Shown piece after piece: positions 11,159 through 22,070 of a stretch of 64,000 nucleotides of DNA. The DNA is from Dehalococcoidia bacterium. Lineage in GTDB: Bacteria > Chloroflexota > Dehalococcoidia > UBA6926. The position numbers were made by a program, and so were the translations under genes. Each line of letters starts with the position of its first letter. Within the stretch, counting starts at the first letter, position 1. A model generated the notes under the pieces. It was not told where the DNA came from. It ran no database searches and worked only from the letters and a program-made list of their open reading frames with translations. Location: positions 448,001 through 512,000 of the forward strand of contig CAXXET010000006.1 in the NCBI GenBank assembly GCA_963666115.2. The letters are read 5' to 3'.

Positions 11159-12429
11159 CGGGAAATGATGCTGCGAATACTGGCCAGGATTCGTCCCGGC
11201 GTTCGCAGCCGCGCCCCGTTGCCATTCGCCATTGTGGGGTCGTTTCCATCCTGGACGGGTATGGCCGGTGATTCGACTCCCTCCTCGTCCGCTGCGGCCT
11301 CTTCCGTTCCGTTTTCCTGGGCCTGTCTCAATTCGCCCCACGCGAAGATCAGGGAGTAGATGAAGCCGGCGACCGGAACGCCGAGCATGGCGCCCCACGG
11401 GCCCGCGAATCGCGTGCCGATGACGACCGCGAGCAGCACGAAGAAGCCGGGCATTCGAACGGCCTTGCCGTAAACACGCGGCAGGACAAAATTGTTCATG
11501 AAGAGGCTCCACGAGACGAGGGCGACTGCCACGATGATTGCCGTGGTGACCGATCCGGTCAGCAGCGCAATCGTGATTGGAATGCCGATGGCGGCAACTT
11601 CACCGATGATCGGAACCAGTTGAACGAGGCCCGCCGTGATTCCGATGGGCAGCGCAAAGGGCAGCCCCGCGGCCAGCATCGTCACCGTGATCGCCGCGGA
11701 GTAGAGCACGACAACGATTGAGATACCCTTCAGATACGAGAAGAACGTCCTGTCCAGGTGCCCCAGCACCATTGACGCGCGTTCATGGTATTCCGCCGGC
11801 AGGAGCCTGTAGAACAGGGCGCTAAGCTGCTCTCGCTCGATGGTCATGTAGAACGACAGCGAGATGCAGAAGATCGTCTGGATCAGAATGTTCGTCGTGC
11901 TGCCCACAATTCCCAGGGCGTTGTCCTGGACCCACGTGCTGGCGGTTGCGCTCAGCGCGAGCAAGGGATCTTCGGTGGTCGTTGTTTCCTGGACGCCGCC
12001 CCCCGCCGTCCGCAGGGAATCGAAGAACTCATTGACCGACGACATGAAGCCGGAAAGCCTGACGGCAAAGTCGGGGAGGTCGCGGGAGAGGCTGATCGTC
12101 TGGGAGATGGTAAGCGGCACGAGGAGCGCGATCAGGGCAACCACCGGAAGCAATATGATGAGGTACGCGATGGGCACTGCGGCCCAGGGCGGGCGCGGGA
12201 CGTAGGTTCCAACGAGGTTCGCCAGGCGGCGCACCGCTGCGGACAGGATCCATGCGAGGAAGATGAGGATGAGGACGTCAAACAGGACGCTGAACAGGTC
12301 GGATATGCCCTGGATGAGGTACACACCTGCCGCAAGCGTGACAAAGGCGATGGCCAACCGTAGCCCAACCGATCCCAGGAGGCTGTTGCCCAATTGCTCG
12401 CCCCGATTCTCAGATGATCGCCGCCTCAA
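11155..12429 (-). CDS. AI-2E family (PerM-like) transporter
   Basis: Multi-TM protein with VPIIG, N.VLPRVYG, G.WGAMLGVP motifs. Confidence 0.85.
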   Translation of the reverse strand: MRRRSSENRGEQLGNSLLGSVGLRLAIAFVTLAAGVYLIQGISDLFSVLFDVLILIFLAWILSAAVRRLANLVGTYVPRPPWAAVPIAYLIILLPVVALIALLVPLTISQTISLSRDLPDFAVRLSGFMSSVNEFFDSLRTAGGGVQETTTTEDPLLALSATASTWVQDNALGIVGSTTNILIQTIFCISLSFYMTIEREQLSALFYRLLPAEYHERASMVLGHLDRTFFSYLKGISIVVVLYSAAITVTMLAAGLPFALPIGITAGLVQLVPIIGEVAAIGIPITIALLTGSVTTAIIVAVALVSWSLFMNNFVLPRVYGKAVRMPGFFVLLAVVIGTRFAGPWGAMLGVPVAGFIYSLIFAWGELRQAQENGTEEAAADEEGVESPAIPVQDGNDPTMANGNGARLRTPGRILASIRSIISR

Positions 12430-12547
12430 TCGCCGTTACACGTCATTCTACTCTATTCGTCCAAAGCCCCTTGTGCGCTACGCTTAGAGGCGGACTGTCT
12501 CAAACGAACGATGCGCTGCACACAGCGACTGTGGAGGAACTAACCGG

Positions 12548-13216
12548 ATGAACGATGTCATGTTGCTGGTGGGCGTCCTGATTGGGGCTTACCTGGCAGG
12601 GTCTCTTCCAACGTCCGTCATCATGTCGCGGCTGGTCGCCGGCGTTGACGTGCGTGACCTGGGAACCGGCAATGCCGGGGCGGCCAACGTGTTTCGGGAG
12701 ATCGATCCCCGCGTCGGCGTCTTTGTCGCCGTCGTTGACATCCTCAAGGGGCTCCTGCCGGTGCTGATTGCCGATCGCGTTCTTGATCTTGGCCCGGCGG
12801 GAGGGGTGATTGCGGCGGCCGGCGCGCTGTGGGGGCACCAGTACTCCGTGTTCCTGAAGTTCAGGGGCGGGGCCGGTCTGGCCTCTGCATTTGGCGGTAT
12901 ATGCGGACTCATGCTGGGCCCGGCCGCGGCGGCGGGCTGCGTGGGATTCCCCATGCTGCTCGTGACGAAGAACATGGGGTGGACGGGCGGCGTCACAATC
13001 GCCATCGCATTCGGCATCACCGCGGTTTCAGTCTTTACGGACATCCAACTGCCCGCCCTGATAGCGATGGAAGACGCCGGGTATCTGTATGGCGGATTCC
13101 TTATTGGTCTCCTTCTTGCGCTTCCCTTCTGGCTGCGGATGCTCTTCGCGCTTCGCGCCGCTCGCGGCGAAGACGCCGGACGCGATGCCTCGTCGACCAC
13201 GGAGGACCAAAGATGA
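12548..13216 (+). CDS. plsY: Glycerol-3-phosphate acyltransferase PlsY
   Basis: YL.GSLP, GTGNAGAANVFR, DILKG, GHQYSVFLKFRGG. Confidence 0.88.
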   Translation: MNDVMLLVGVLIGAYLAGSLPTSVIMSRLVAGVDVRDLGTGNAGAANVFREIDPRVGVFVAVVDILKGLLPVLIADRVLDLGPAGGVIAAAGALWGHQYSVFLKFRGGAGLASAFGGICGLMLGPAAAAGCVGFPMLLVTKNMGWTGGVTIAIAFGITAVSVFTDIQLPALIAMEDAGYLYGGFLIGLLLALPFWLRMLFALRAARGEDAGRDASSTTEDQR

Positions 13217-14141
13217 TCAGGGTGCCGATGGCGATGATGATCGGCGGGATGAAGAATCCCGCGTGGATGATGATGCCGAACGCCAGCGCGGCCTCCTTGT
13301 CCACGCCGTAGAATCCCAGGAAAGCGACTGCCGCCGCCTCAAACGGGCCGATGCCGGACGGCAGGCCGGGCAGAAATGAGGCCAGCGTCATTGTTCCCAG
13401 CACGACGACGTAGATGATGACGTAGACCTCAAAGACGTTCTCCGAATTATTGGGGGCGAGCCCCTTGCTAAACGCGACGAGGTACGCGGCGAGGCCCAGG
13501 GTCATCCACGTCGCCAGCGTGATGCCCATGACGGATGCCAGCTTCCTGGGTTGGGCGATGAGCTCCTGCCATGCCGCCGAATACGTTCTCACAATGGGGA
13601 ATCGATCAAACCACGTGATCTTGTCCGTATAGAGGGACAGCACCGCAACGGCGACGAGGAGTCCGACCAGCAGGAGAATGATGATGCTCAGGTATGACGC
13701 TCCCTCCGGCGCGAAGATGATGAATCCGACCGCGAGGCTTCCCAGGGTAACCGCGAGGTCCGACACGCGCCCCAGGACAATTGATGCGAGGGCAACACCC
13801 CTGTCGTACCCCTCCCGCAGCGCGATGTAGCCGAACTGAATGGGTTCAGCGACGACCCGAATTGGCGCGAGGTTGTTCATGCCCTGGCCGGTGTTCTCCA
13901 CGAAGAACAGCAGCGTGGCCGTGGGCGCGCGGCCATGGAAGAGCATTTTCCACCTGAATGCCCGGATGGCGTTACTGGCAACGACGACGCCCATCACGGG
14001 AATCAGCAGGTACCAATTGAACTCCGAGAGCTGGGTCATCAACTCGGCCCACTGGACTTCACGGACGACGATATAGGCAACCCCAATTCCGAGGGCCACT
14101 CCAATCAGGATTCGCCCGTAAAGCCATATTTGTCTCGGCAT
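13101..14141 (-). CDS. Lysylphosphatidylglycerol-synthase-like TM (flippase-like, UPF0104) protein
   Basis: R..RW.ML, NNLAP.R, P.LPSGIGPFE motifs; about 8 TM segments. Confidence 0.8.
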   Translation of the reverse strand: MPRQIWLYGRILIGVALGIGVAYIVVREVQWAELMTQLSEFNWYLLIPVMGVVVASNAIRAFRWKMLFHGRAPTATLLFFVENTGQGMNNLAPIRVVAEPIQFGYIALREGYDRGVALASIVLGRVSDLAVTLGSLAVGFIIFAPEGASYLSIIILLLVGLLVAVAVLSLYTDKITWFDRFPIVRTYSAAWQELIAQPRKLASVMGITLATWMTLGLAAYLVAFSKGLAPNNSENVFEVYVIIYVVVLGTMTLASFLPGLPSGIGPFEAAAVAFLGFYGVDKEAALAFGIIIHAGFFIPPIIIAIGTLIIFGPPWSTRHRVRRLRRERREARRASAARREAQEGDQ

Positions 14142-14174
14142 CTCTGGTTCCTGTGCCTATCGCCGCGTCTGACG

Positions 14175-15314
14175 TCACAGTGCGCCGCTGGTGGTTGACC
14201 GCAGCCGGTTCCCCTCTTCCTCCGGCACGCCGCGGAGCCGCGCGTACGAGGACTGGGAACCGTCGGACGTCTGCTGGTGTGACGGCCTCATGGAACGGGC
14301 TGCTTCCGCCAGGAGTTCCACGCCTCCCAGGAAATCGCTGACGGCGATGTTTTCAGCTTGAATGGAATCTTCTCCAAACCCGTTGTGGTAGTGGGCAAGG
14401 GGAAACGCGACGCCGGTGGATTCGTAGCCGTGCGCGATAAAGGCCGATGCCTCGCAGACGCCGCCGGACATGAGTTGGCGTTGGATCGGAATGGGCGGTT
14501 CCTTGGCCTGGAGGGTTGCCCGCGCGGTTTGCAGAATCTGTTCGGCGGATTGGGAGAAGGTGGAGAGGGCGTCGCCGACGCGGATGACGGGGCCGCCTCC
14601 CTGTACCGCGCCGGGGAGCGTCCTTGAGGATTCTATGGAAATGACGATCGTTTCCTTCGGCAGCCCGCCATTGGCGGCCATCATGCGGGCTCCAATGAGG
14701 CCTTCCTCTTCTGCGCGTGTGAAGACGCCGATGACATCAACTGAATCATTCTCGGCGGCGAGCGTTTCCATGACGCTCAGGGTTGAGGCGCAACCCGCGA
14801 GATCGTCGAGGGCACGCGCATGAACCCTATCGCCGCGTATTTCACAATCCACGAGATCAAAGACGGCAAAAGCGGGCAAAATGAGCTCGTTCTGCTGCGT
14901 TAGGTCCGCGTAGAGGGTGCGCGCCTCCGGGTCGCCGTCCCGTCCGGTTGTTTGGGCGCTGCATGAAGAACCGTCGGCGCAGTGGACAACCAGATCGATC
15001 TGCTGCTCGTAGACGATGTCCGAGACGCGGCCGCGCATTTTCAGCGCGAGGCGCCGGCCGTCAACCCCGATCACTTCGAATCCCGGGTGGTCCATGTGGG
15101 CGACGAGGGCGACGGGGCGGGGCGGCGTTGCCCCTGCCGTGTCGGGCCGCGTGAGGCGGGCGATGATGTTGCCGTACTCATCCTGCTCCCAGGGAAGTGC
15201 GGCGTCTGTGAGGATTGCCTGGACCTCGCGGGCGACCTTGTCTTCGAAGTAGGATATGGCGGGCTGCCGGCAAAGCGTTGCCAGGATCTCCAGGGGACGA
15301 GGGATGTCCTGCAT
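14175..15314 (-). CDS. M20/M28/M42-clan metallopeptidase
   Basis: AHMDH, ARALDD, AEEEGLIGA, YHN metal-ligand motifs; start set at ATG 15314 (MQDIPRP). Confidence 0.8.
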   Translation of the reverse strand: MQDIPRPLEILATLCRQPAISYFEDKVAREVQAILTDAALPWEQDEYGNIIARLTRPDTAGATPPRPVALVAHMDHPGFEVIGVDGRRLALKMRGRVSDIVYEQQIDLVVHCADGSSCSAQTTGRDGDPEARTLYADLTQQNELILPAFAVFDLVDCEIRGDRVHARALDDLAGCASTLSVMETLAAENDSVDVIGVFTRAEEEGLIGARMMAANGGLPKETIVISIESSRTLPGAVQGGGPVIRVGDALSTFSQSAEQILQTARATLQAKEPPIPIQRQLMSGGVCEASAFIAHGYESTGVAFPLAHYHNGFGEDSIQAENIAVSDFLGGVELLAEAARSMRPSHQQTSDGSQSSYARLRGVPEEEGNRLRSTTSGAL

Positions 15315-15468
15315 GTGTACCCGGCTCCAAGTCGGAAAATCAGTTCGTTGCGGCACTCTAACTGTAAACCGATTCGTCTTGCATTTCACCTTTGGCCGCG
15401 TTCCCGGCCGCGATCTGCTTTCCTCACGCTCGCCCGGAGCGTTCTAGTGATTGAGAGCCTGGAGGGCA

Positions 15469-15496
15469 TTGACAACCGCGCCAGCAGGTCTATGCT
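15469..15496 (+). promoter_or_regulatory. Putative sigma70 promoter of the sigma-factor gene
   Basis: TTGACA-16 bp-TATGCT. Confidence 0.6.
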
Positions 15497-15585
15497 GTTA
15501 GCCAATCCCTTTGGGGGATCCGGGAGGCGGTGTCTGGTTTTGGCGGGCGTGAGATCGGTCGGAACCAAGGCAAGGAGGCGCGACG

Positions 15586-16614
15586 ATGACGGCGATAACG
15601 GACGAGACCCGCTTGGGCGTCCTGGACATCGACGATGCGCAGGATGAGGCGGCGGACCCCAGGGACACGGCGCGGGCCGATGAGTTCGACAGCGGTTCCA
15701 CGGAGAACCTGAACGATCCCCTGCGGGGGTATCTGCAGGACATTGGCCGCCGCAAGCTTTTGACGCCCCGGCAGGAGTCGGAGCTTGGGATGCTCATGGA
15801 TGAGGGGCGCCGCGCGTCCAGGCGCCTCAGCGGCGGGGACACGATCTCCGCAGCGGAGCGGCGCGATCTGACGCAGGCCGTCAAGAAGGGCGAAGAGGCC
15901 CGCGAGTCCATGGCCGAAGCCAACCTGCGCCTCGTCGTGAGCATCGCGAAGCGGTACCAGGGCAGGGGGCTGTCGCTGTTCGACCTGATCCAGGAGGGCA
16001 ACATCGGCCTGCTGAAGGCGGTTGACCGGTTCGACCATAGCCGCGGGTTCCGTTTCTCGACGTACGCGACGTGGTGGATCCGGCAGGCGATTGCCCGCGG
16101 CGTGTCCGAGCAGGGGAGCAGCATCCGCTTGCCGGTGCACGTGGGCGAGTTGTCCGCGAAGGTTGACCGCGCGCGCCATCGGCTGCTCCAGAAGTTTGGG
16201 CGCGAGGCGACCCCGGAAGAGCTGGCGGCGGAGACGGAACTGCCGCTGGAGAAGGTTGAGCAGTTGATTTCGCTGATCCAACAGCCCGCGTCCATCGACG
16301 CGCCGGTCGGCGAGGATGGGGCGACGCTGGCGGACTTCGTGGCGCAGGACGAGATGGAGTCGCCTATCGACGCGGCGGCGCAGACGATGTTGCGCGAGCG
16401 CATGGCGTCGGTGCTGGCGTCGCTGTCGCAGCGCGAGCGGCTTGTGCTGGAGCTGCGGTTCGGGATCACGGACGGCAAGGAGCACACGCTGCGTGAGATC
16501 GGCGACATGCTGAACCTGACGCGGGAGCGCGTGCGCCAGATCCAGGCCGCCGCCATGAAGAACCTGCGCCTACAGCGCAACCGCGAGCGCCTCGAGGGCT
16601 ACATCGAAGACTAG
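15586..16614 (+). CDS. RpoD/SigA-family RNA polymerase sigma factor (probably group 2, no region 1.1)
   Basis: Region 1.2 DPLRGYLQDIG, ANLRLVVSIAKRY, DLIQEGNIGL, FSTYATWWIRQAI, TRERVRQI. Confidence 0.93.
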   Translation: MTAITDETRLGVLDIDDAQDEAADPRDTARADEFDSGSTENLNDPLRGYLQDIGRRKLLTPRQESELGMLMDEGRRASRRLSGGDTISAAERRDLTQAVKKGEEARESMAEANLRLVVSIAKRYQGRGLSLFDLIQEGNIGLLKAVDRFDHSRGFRFSTYATWWIRQAIARGVSEQGSSIRLPVHVGELSAKVDRARHRLLQKFGREATPEELAAETELPLEKVEQLISLIQQPASIDAPVGEDGATLADFVAQDEMESPIDAAAQTMLRERMASVLASLSQRERLVLELRFGITDGKEHTLREIGDMLNLTRERVRQIQAAAMKNLRLQRNRERLEGYIED

Positions 16615-16640
16615 CTACCCCGGTAGACTAAGAGCGTAAG

Positions 16641-16678
16641 AAAGGCGGGGCGCCCTCCCAAGAGGGTGCCCCGCCTTT
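16641..16678 (+). terminator. Intrinsic terminator hairpin after the sigma gene
   Basis: AAAGGCGGGGCGCCCTC-CCAA-GAGGGTGCCCCGCCTTT. Confidence 0.75.
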
Positions 16679-16731
16679 AGAATGACAGTTGACGTGCAGG
16701 GGCGGGGGATGACGGTGCTATGCTTGGATAG

Positions 16732-18528
16732 ATGTTGAAATCACATAGTTGTGGGGAGCTTTCGCTTGCGGAGGCGGGGCTGGTTGTGCGGTTGGCGGGG
16801 TGGGTGCATCGCCGCCGGGATCATGGCGGGCTGATTTTCCTCGACGTGCGCGACCGCACGGGGTTGGTGCAAGTTGTCGTCGATCCTTCGGCGGCGGAGG
16901 CGGCGTACCAGTCTGCCGACGCGTTGCGGAATGAGTGGGTTGTGGCCATCACGGGCGAGGTGCAAGCGCGGCCTGCGGGGACTGAGAATCCGCGCATCGT
17001 GACGGGCGGGATCGAAGTTCACGCCTCAGAGGTGACGGTGCTGAATCCGTCCAGGACGCCGCCGTTCTATATCAATGAGGACTCGGACGTGGATGAGGCG
17101 CTGCGGCTGCGGTATCGCTATCTCGATCTGCGGCGGGAGAGGATGGCGGCGAACCTTGCGTTGCGTCATCGCGTCGTCAAGTACATCCGCGATTTCCTCG
17201 ACGGGCGAGGCTTTCTGGAAGTCGAGACGCCGATGTTGATGAAGAGCACGCCGGAGGGCGCGCGGGACTACCTGGTGCCTTCGCGGGTGCATCCGGGCCA
17301 CTTCTACGCGCTGCCGCAGTCGCCTCAGCAGTTGAAGCAGCTGTTGATGGTGGCGGGCGTGGAGCGGTATTTCCAGATTGCGCGGTGCTTCCGCGATGAG
17401 GACCAGCGGGCGGATCGGCAGCCGGAGTTCACGCAGCTTGACCTGGAGATGAGCTTCGTCGATGAGTCGGACGTGCTGGACCTGATGGAGGAGCTTTATA
17501 CGGGCCTGGCGCGCGCGACGGCGCCTGAGAAGCGTGTGACATCGCCGTTTCCGCGGATGACGTATGCGGAAGCGATGCGGCGGTTCGGATCGGACAAGCC
17601 GGATCTGCGTTTCGGGATGGAGATCACGGATATTTCGAGCATTGTTGCTGAGAGCGGCGTGGGCGTGTTCACGTCGGCGCTTGCGGAGTCGGGCGGCGCC
17701 GTGCGGGGAATCGTCGCGCCGGGGTGCGCGGGGTACAGCCGGCGGGAGTTGGAGAACCTGACTGAGATCGTGCGCGGACAGGGGGCGCGGGGACTGGCGA
17801 CGATTGGGCTGGACGCGGAGGCGGGCACGGCAGTGTCCGATTTGCAGCCGGACAATGTGCGCTCCGCGTTGGCGCGGCATCTTGATATCGAGACTGTGCG
17901 GGCGATTGCAGAGGCGATGGGGGCCGGAGCGGGAGATCTGCTGCTAATCGTGGCGGCGCACGAGGACATCGTGAGCGCATCGCTGAGCGCGTTGCGGACT
18001 GAGTTGGGGGCGCGGCTGGAACTGGCGGACCCGGATGAGCTGGCGTTTGCGTTTGTGACGGAATTTCCACTGTTCGAGGCGGCGGATGAGACTGGCGGGC
18101 TGAGTTCCGTGCATCACCCGTTCACTGCGCCCGTGCCGGAGGACGCTGGGCTGCTGGAGGAGGCGCCCACAGCGGCGCGGTCTCGGGCGTATGACCTGGT
18201 GGTGAACGGACTGGAGTTGGGGTCGGGGTCGATCAGGATACATGACCGCAGCTTGCAGGACAGGATATTCGCGCTGCTGGGACACTCGCCAGAGGAGATA
18301 GAGGAGCGGTTCGGCCATATGCTGGAGGCGTTTGAGTACGGCGTGCCGCCGCACGGGGGATTCGCGCCGGGGATCGACCGGACGGTGATGGTGCTGGCGG
18401 GGGAGCCGAATATCCGGGAGGTGATCCCGTTCCCGAAGACGCAGACGGCGCAAGACCTGATGATGAGCGCGCCTTCGACGGTGGATGATCAGCAGCTTGC
18501 CGATTTGAGTCTGCGGCTGCGGGAATGA
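16732..18528 (+). CDS. aspS: Aspartate--tRNA ligase
   Basis: RRDHGGLIF, TPEGARDY, ALPQSPQ, CFRDED.RADRQPEFTQLD, PPHGG.APG.DR. Confidence 0.98.
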   Translation: MLKSHSCGELSLAEAGLVVRLAGWVHRRRDHGGLIFLDVRDRTGLVQVVVDPSAAEAAYQSADALRNEWVVAITGEVQARPAGTENPRIVTGGIEVHASEVTVLNPSRTPPFYINEDSDVDEALRLRYRYLDLRRERMAANLALRHRVVKYIRDFLDGRGFLEVETPMLMKSTPEGARDYLVPSRVHPGHFYALPQSPQQLKQLLMVAGVERYFQIARCFRDEDQRADRQPEFTQLDLEMSFVDESDVLDLMEELYTGLARATAPEKRVTSPFPRMTYAEAMRRFGSDKPDLRFGMEITDISSIVAESGVGVFTSALAESGGAVRGIVAPGCAGYSRRELENLTEIVRGQGARGLATIGLDAEAGTAVSDLQPDNVRSALARHLDIETVRAIAEAMGAGAGDLLLIVAAHEDIVSASLSALRTELGARLELADPDELAFAFVTEFPLFEAADETGGLSSVHHPFTAPVPEDAGLLEEAPTAARSRAYDLVVNGLELGSGSIRIHDRSLQDRIFALLGHSPEEIEERFGHMLEAFEYGVPPHGGFAPGIDRTVMVLAGEPNIREVIPFPKTQTAQDLMMSAPSTVDDQQLADLSLRLRE

Positions 18529-18590
18529 GCAGGCAGGGATGTATAATGTTGATTCCGCCTGAGAGTTAACCCACTACGGAGTTTCCACAC

Positions 18591-20027
18591 GTGAAGATTA
18601 CGACTGAGGACATGCCTGATCGCCAGATCGGGCTGCTTATCGAGTTGGAAGAGGCGGAGATCGAGGACCACAAGCAGCGGGCATACCGGCGGCTTGTGCA
18701 GCGGTACGTGATCCCGGGATTCCGAAAGGGCAAGGCGCCGCGCAGGATCCTTGAGAACCACATCGGGGCGGAGACGCTGATCCAGGACGACATCGAGGGG
18801 CTGCTGGAGCGTTCCGTGGCGGACGCGGTTGAGCAGCAGGAGCTGGAACCCATCGGGCAGCCCCAGGTGACGGACCTTGAATCGCTTGACCCCATCACGT
18901 TCCGCGCGACGGTTTCGCTTAGCCCGGAGGTGGAACTGGGGGATTATGAGTCGATCCGCGTCGACTGGGAGGAGCCGGAGGTCACGGAGGAGCAGGTTGA
19001 GGAGGTTCTGAACAACCTGCGCCGGCAAGGCGCGCCGTGGGAGCCGGTGGAGAGGGCCGCGCAGCTTGGCGATCTGCTGACCGTCGATATGAACGGGTAT
19101 GTGGACGAGGAGCCGGAGGAGGGCGACGGCGATGATGCCGATGCGGAATCGGTTCCGGGACGACGGACGTTCGTGGAGGAAACGGGCATCAGCTACATGG
19201 TGCAGGAGGGCATGACGTATCCCGCGCCGGGCGTGCCGGAGCAGCTTGTGGGCATGAACGCGGAGGAGACCAGGGAGTTCACGATCTCCGTGCCGGACGA
19301 TTTTACGGTTCGCAATCTGAACGGCAAGGAGGCGCGCTTCACTGTCACCGTGCGGGAGGTCAAGGAGCAGAATCTGCCGGAAATGGATGACGAGTGGGCG
19401 CAGGGCGTCGAGGGCTTCGGCGACGATGAGTTCGAGACGGTGGAGGCGCTGCGGGATCGGATCCGATCCGACCTAACGGAGCGAACCGAGATGCAGGCGC
19501 GGGCAGAGTACGAGGAATCTATCCTGGAGAAGTTCGCCGAGGTAGCGACGGTGACGTACCCCCCCATCGTTGTGGACATGGAGATTGACCGCATCCTCCA
19601 AGACCAGGATGAGCAGATGCGGGGAATGGGCTTTTCCCTTACCGGGTACGCGCAGTCGACGGGGCAGGGCGTGGAGCAGCTGCGTGACTCTGTGCGGCCG
19701 CAGGCAGAGCAGCGGGTGCTGCGTGGGCTGCTGATCACAGACCTGGCGACGGCAGTCGGCATCGAGGTCTCGGACGAGGAGGTTGACGAGGATATCGCAG
19801 TCATAGTCGGCGCTCAGCAGGACGAAGCTGCGCAGGAGCAGGCGAGGCAGGTGTTCGAGAACGAGGGGGCGCGTGAAAGCGTGCAGCGGAGGATTGCCGC
19901 CCGCAAGACATTGGATATGCTGGTAGAGATTGCGCGAGGGGAGCGCACAGACGGGGAGATTCCCACAGAAGAAGAAACTCCGACAGAAGATGGAGAGACT
20001 CCAACAGAAGGAGAGACGACAGAATGA
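18591..20027 (+). CDS. tig: Trigger factor
   Basis: [10 protein letters not shown] ribosome-binding loop; tig-clpP-clpX synteny; upstream TATAAT at 18542-18547. Confidence 0.95.
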   Translation: MKITTEDMPDRQIGLLIELEEAEIEDHKQRAYRRLVQRYVIPGFRKGKAPRRILENHIGAETLIQDDIEGLLERSVADAVEQQELEPIGQPQVTDLESLDPITFRATVSLSPEVELGDYESIRVDWEEPEVTEEQVEEVLNNLRRQGAPWEPVERAAQLGDLLTVDMNGYVDEEPEEGDGDDADAESVPGRRTFVEETGISYMVQEGMTYPAPGVPEQLVGMNAEETREFTISVPDDFTVRNLNGKEARFTVTVREVKEQNLPEMDDEWAQGVEGFGDDEFETVEALRDRIRSDLTERTEMQARAEYEESILEKFAEVATVTYPPIVVDMEIDRILQDQDEQMRGMGFSLTGYAQSTGQGVEQLRDSVRPQAEQRVLRGLLITDLATAVGIEVSDEEVDEDIAVIVGAQQDEAAQEQARQVFENEGARESVQRRIAARKTLDMLVEIARGERTDGEIPTEEETPTEDGETPTEGETTE

Positions 20028-20698
20028 CGACGTGGACAGGCGGAACGGGAGAGGGACTGCCGGGGGGCATTGCGTCGGCGGGGCCGCAGGGCATCGTGCC
20101 GATGGTGATCGAGACGGGGGCGCGCGGCGAGCGGGCCTTCGACATTTATTCCCTCCTGCTCAAGGAGCGGATCATCTTTCTGGGCACGCCCATCAACGAC
20201 CAGGTGGCAAACCTCGTCGTGGCGCAGCTTCTGTACCTGGACCGGGAGGACCCGGACAAGGACATTTCGCTGTATATCAGCAGCCCGGGGGGCGTTATCA
20301 CGTCCGGGCTGGCGATCTATGACACCATCCAACTGATTCGCGCCGACGTTTCGACGATCTGCGTGGGGATGGCGGCGAGCATGGCGACGGTGCTGCTGAC
20401 CGCGGGCGCGTCCGGCAAGCGGTACGCCCTGCCGAACTCAACCATTCACATGCACCAGGCCATGGGCGGCGCGCAGGGGCAGGCGGCGGATATCGAGATT
20501 GCGGCGCGAGAGATCCTGCGGCTGCAGGAGATCATCCGGGGAATACTGTCGCGGCATTCCGGGCAGCCGGTGGAGAAGGTGGCGCGAGACATGGATCGCG
20601 ACTACTATCTCACTGCAGACCAGGCCAAGGAGTACGGCATCGTTGATGAGGTGCTGGCCGGGCCGGAAGGCGAGAGCAGCGACGCCAGCGCCGCATAA
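20024..20698 (+). CDS. clpP: ATP-dependent Clp protease proteolytic subunit
   Basis: [21 protein letters not shown] (Ser), HQ (His), DRD. Confidence 0.98.
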   Translation: MTTWTGGTGEGLPGGIASAGPQGIVPMVIETGARGERAFDIYSLLLKERIIFLGTPINDQVANLVVAQLLYLDREDPDKDISLYISSPGGVITSGLAIYDTIQLIRADVSTICVGMAASMATVLLTAGASGKRYALPNSTIHMHQAMGGAQGQAADIEIAAREILRLQEIIRGILSRHSGQPVEKVARDMDRDYYLTADQAKEYGIVDEVLAGPEGESSDASAA

Positions 20699-20722
20699 CT
20701 GCGGAGGACTAGAGGCACGGGC

Positions 20723-22066
20723 ATGGTGGACGAGAATAACGGTCGGCGGAACGGCGGCCAGGGGGACGGGCCGCACCGGTGCTCGTTCTGCGGCAAGCCG
20801 GAAGGGACGGTTCGGCTGCTGGCCGGGCCGGACCACAAGGCGTATATCTGCGATGAGTGCGTTCGCGTGTGCCTCCGCATCCTGGAGGGGCGGCCGCGCG
20901 GCAAGGGACGCGAACGGGCGGCGGATGAGGAGCCGCAACAGGAAGAAGAGCCGAAGCCCATCCCCGCTCCGAAAGAGATTTACTCGCTGCTGAGCGATTT
21001 CGTCATCGGGCAGGAGCGCGCCAAGCGCGTGCTCAGCGTCGGCGTCTACAACCACTACAAGCGCAGCGCCGTCAAAAGCGAGGAAGAACCGGACGTCGAA
21101 CTGGACAAGACGAATATCCTGCTCGTCGGACCGACGGGGAGCGGCAAGACGCTGTTGGCGCAGACGCTGGCGCGCATTCTGGAGGTGCCGTTCGCCATCG
21201 CGGATGCAACGTCGCTGACGGAAGCGGGGTACGTGGGCGAGGACGTGGAGAATATCCTGCTCCGCCTGATCCAGGCGGCGGATTATGACGTTTCGCGCGC
21301 GCAGCGGGGCATCATCTATATCGATGAGATCGACAAGACAGCGCGGAAGAACGCGAATCCGTCCGTGACGCGCGACGTGTCCGGGGAGGGCGTGCAGCAG
21401 GCGCTGTTGAAGATCGTCGAGGGGTGCATTGCGAACGTGCCGCCGCAGGGCGGACGCAAGCACCCGCAGCAGGAATTCATCCAGATTGACACCAGGGGAA
21501 TCCTGTTCATCTGCGGCGGGGCGTTCGAGGGGATGGATGAGATCATCGCCGCCCGCGTGAACAAGGACAAGCGCAGCATCGGGTTCGGATCGGAGCGCAT
21601 GGCGGATGATCCGGCGGAGCGCAGCCGCGTGATGGCGCAGCTTGGCCATGACGATATTCTCGCGTACGGCATGATCCCGGAGTTCGTGGGACGGATGCCG
21701 CTGGCGGTTGCCCTCGATCCGCTGCAGAAGGCCGATTTGCTGGAGGTGCTGACGAAACCCAGGAACGCGCTGGTGAAGCAGTATAAGAGCCTTTTGAAGC
21801 AGGAAGGCGTGAGCCTGGAGTTCACGGACGAGGCGCTGGAGGCGGTGGCCGATCGGGCGCTCTCGCAGAAGACGGGAGCGCGCGGGCTGCGGACGGTGGT
21901 GGAAGAGGTCTTGCTGGACGTGATGTATGAGCTGCCGAGTCCGAGTATGGAGAGTGTCACCCGCTGCCTGATCACAGCGGATGCCATTCGCAATAGGATT
22001 TCGCCGCTGTTGTTCAATGCGCAGGGGGCGGCGGTGGCGCTAAGGCCGGAGGAGGAGAGCGCGTAG
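20723..22066 (+). CDS. clpX: ATP-dependent Clp protease ATP-binding subunit ClpX
   Basis: C4 Zn finger [31 protein letters not shown] loop. Confidence 0.98.
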   Translation: MVDENNGRRNGGQGDGPHRCSFCGKPEGTVRLLAGPDHKAYICDECVRVCLRILEGRPRGKGRERAADEEPQQEEEPKPIPAPKEIYSLLSDFVIGQERAKRVLSVGVYNHYKRSAVKSEEEPDVELDKTNILLVGPTGSGKTLLAQTLARILEVPFAIADATSLTEAGYVGEDVENILLRLIQAADYDVSRAQRGIIYIDEIDKTARKNANPSVTRDVSGEGVQQALLKIVEGCIANVPPQGGRKHPQQEFIQIDTRGILFICGGAFEGMDEIIAARVNKDKRSIGFGSERMADDPAERSRVMAQLGHDDILAYGMIPEFVGRMPLAVALDPLQKADLLEVLTKPRNALVKQYKSLLKQEGVSLEFTDEALEAVADRALSQKTGARGLRTVVEEVLLDVMYELPSPSMESVTRCLITADAIRNRISPLLFNAQGAAVALRPEEESA

Positions 22067-22070
22067 GGGA

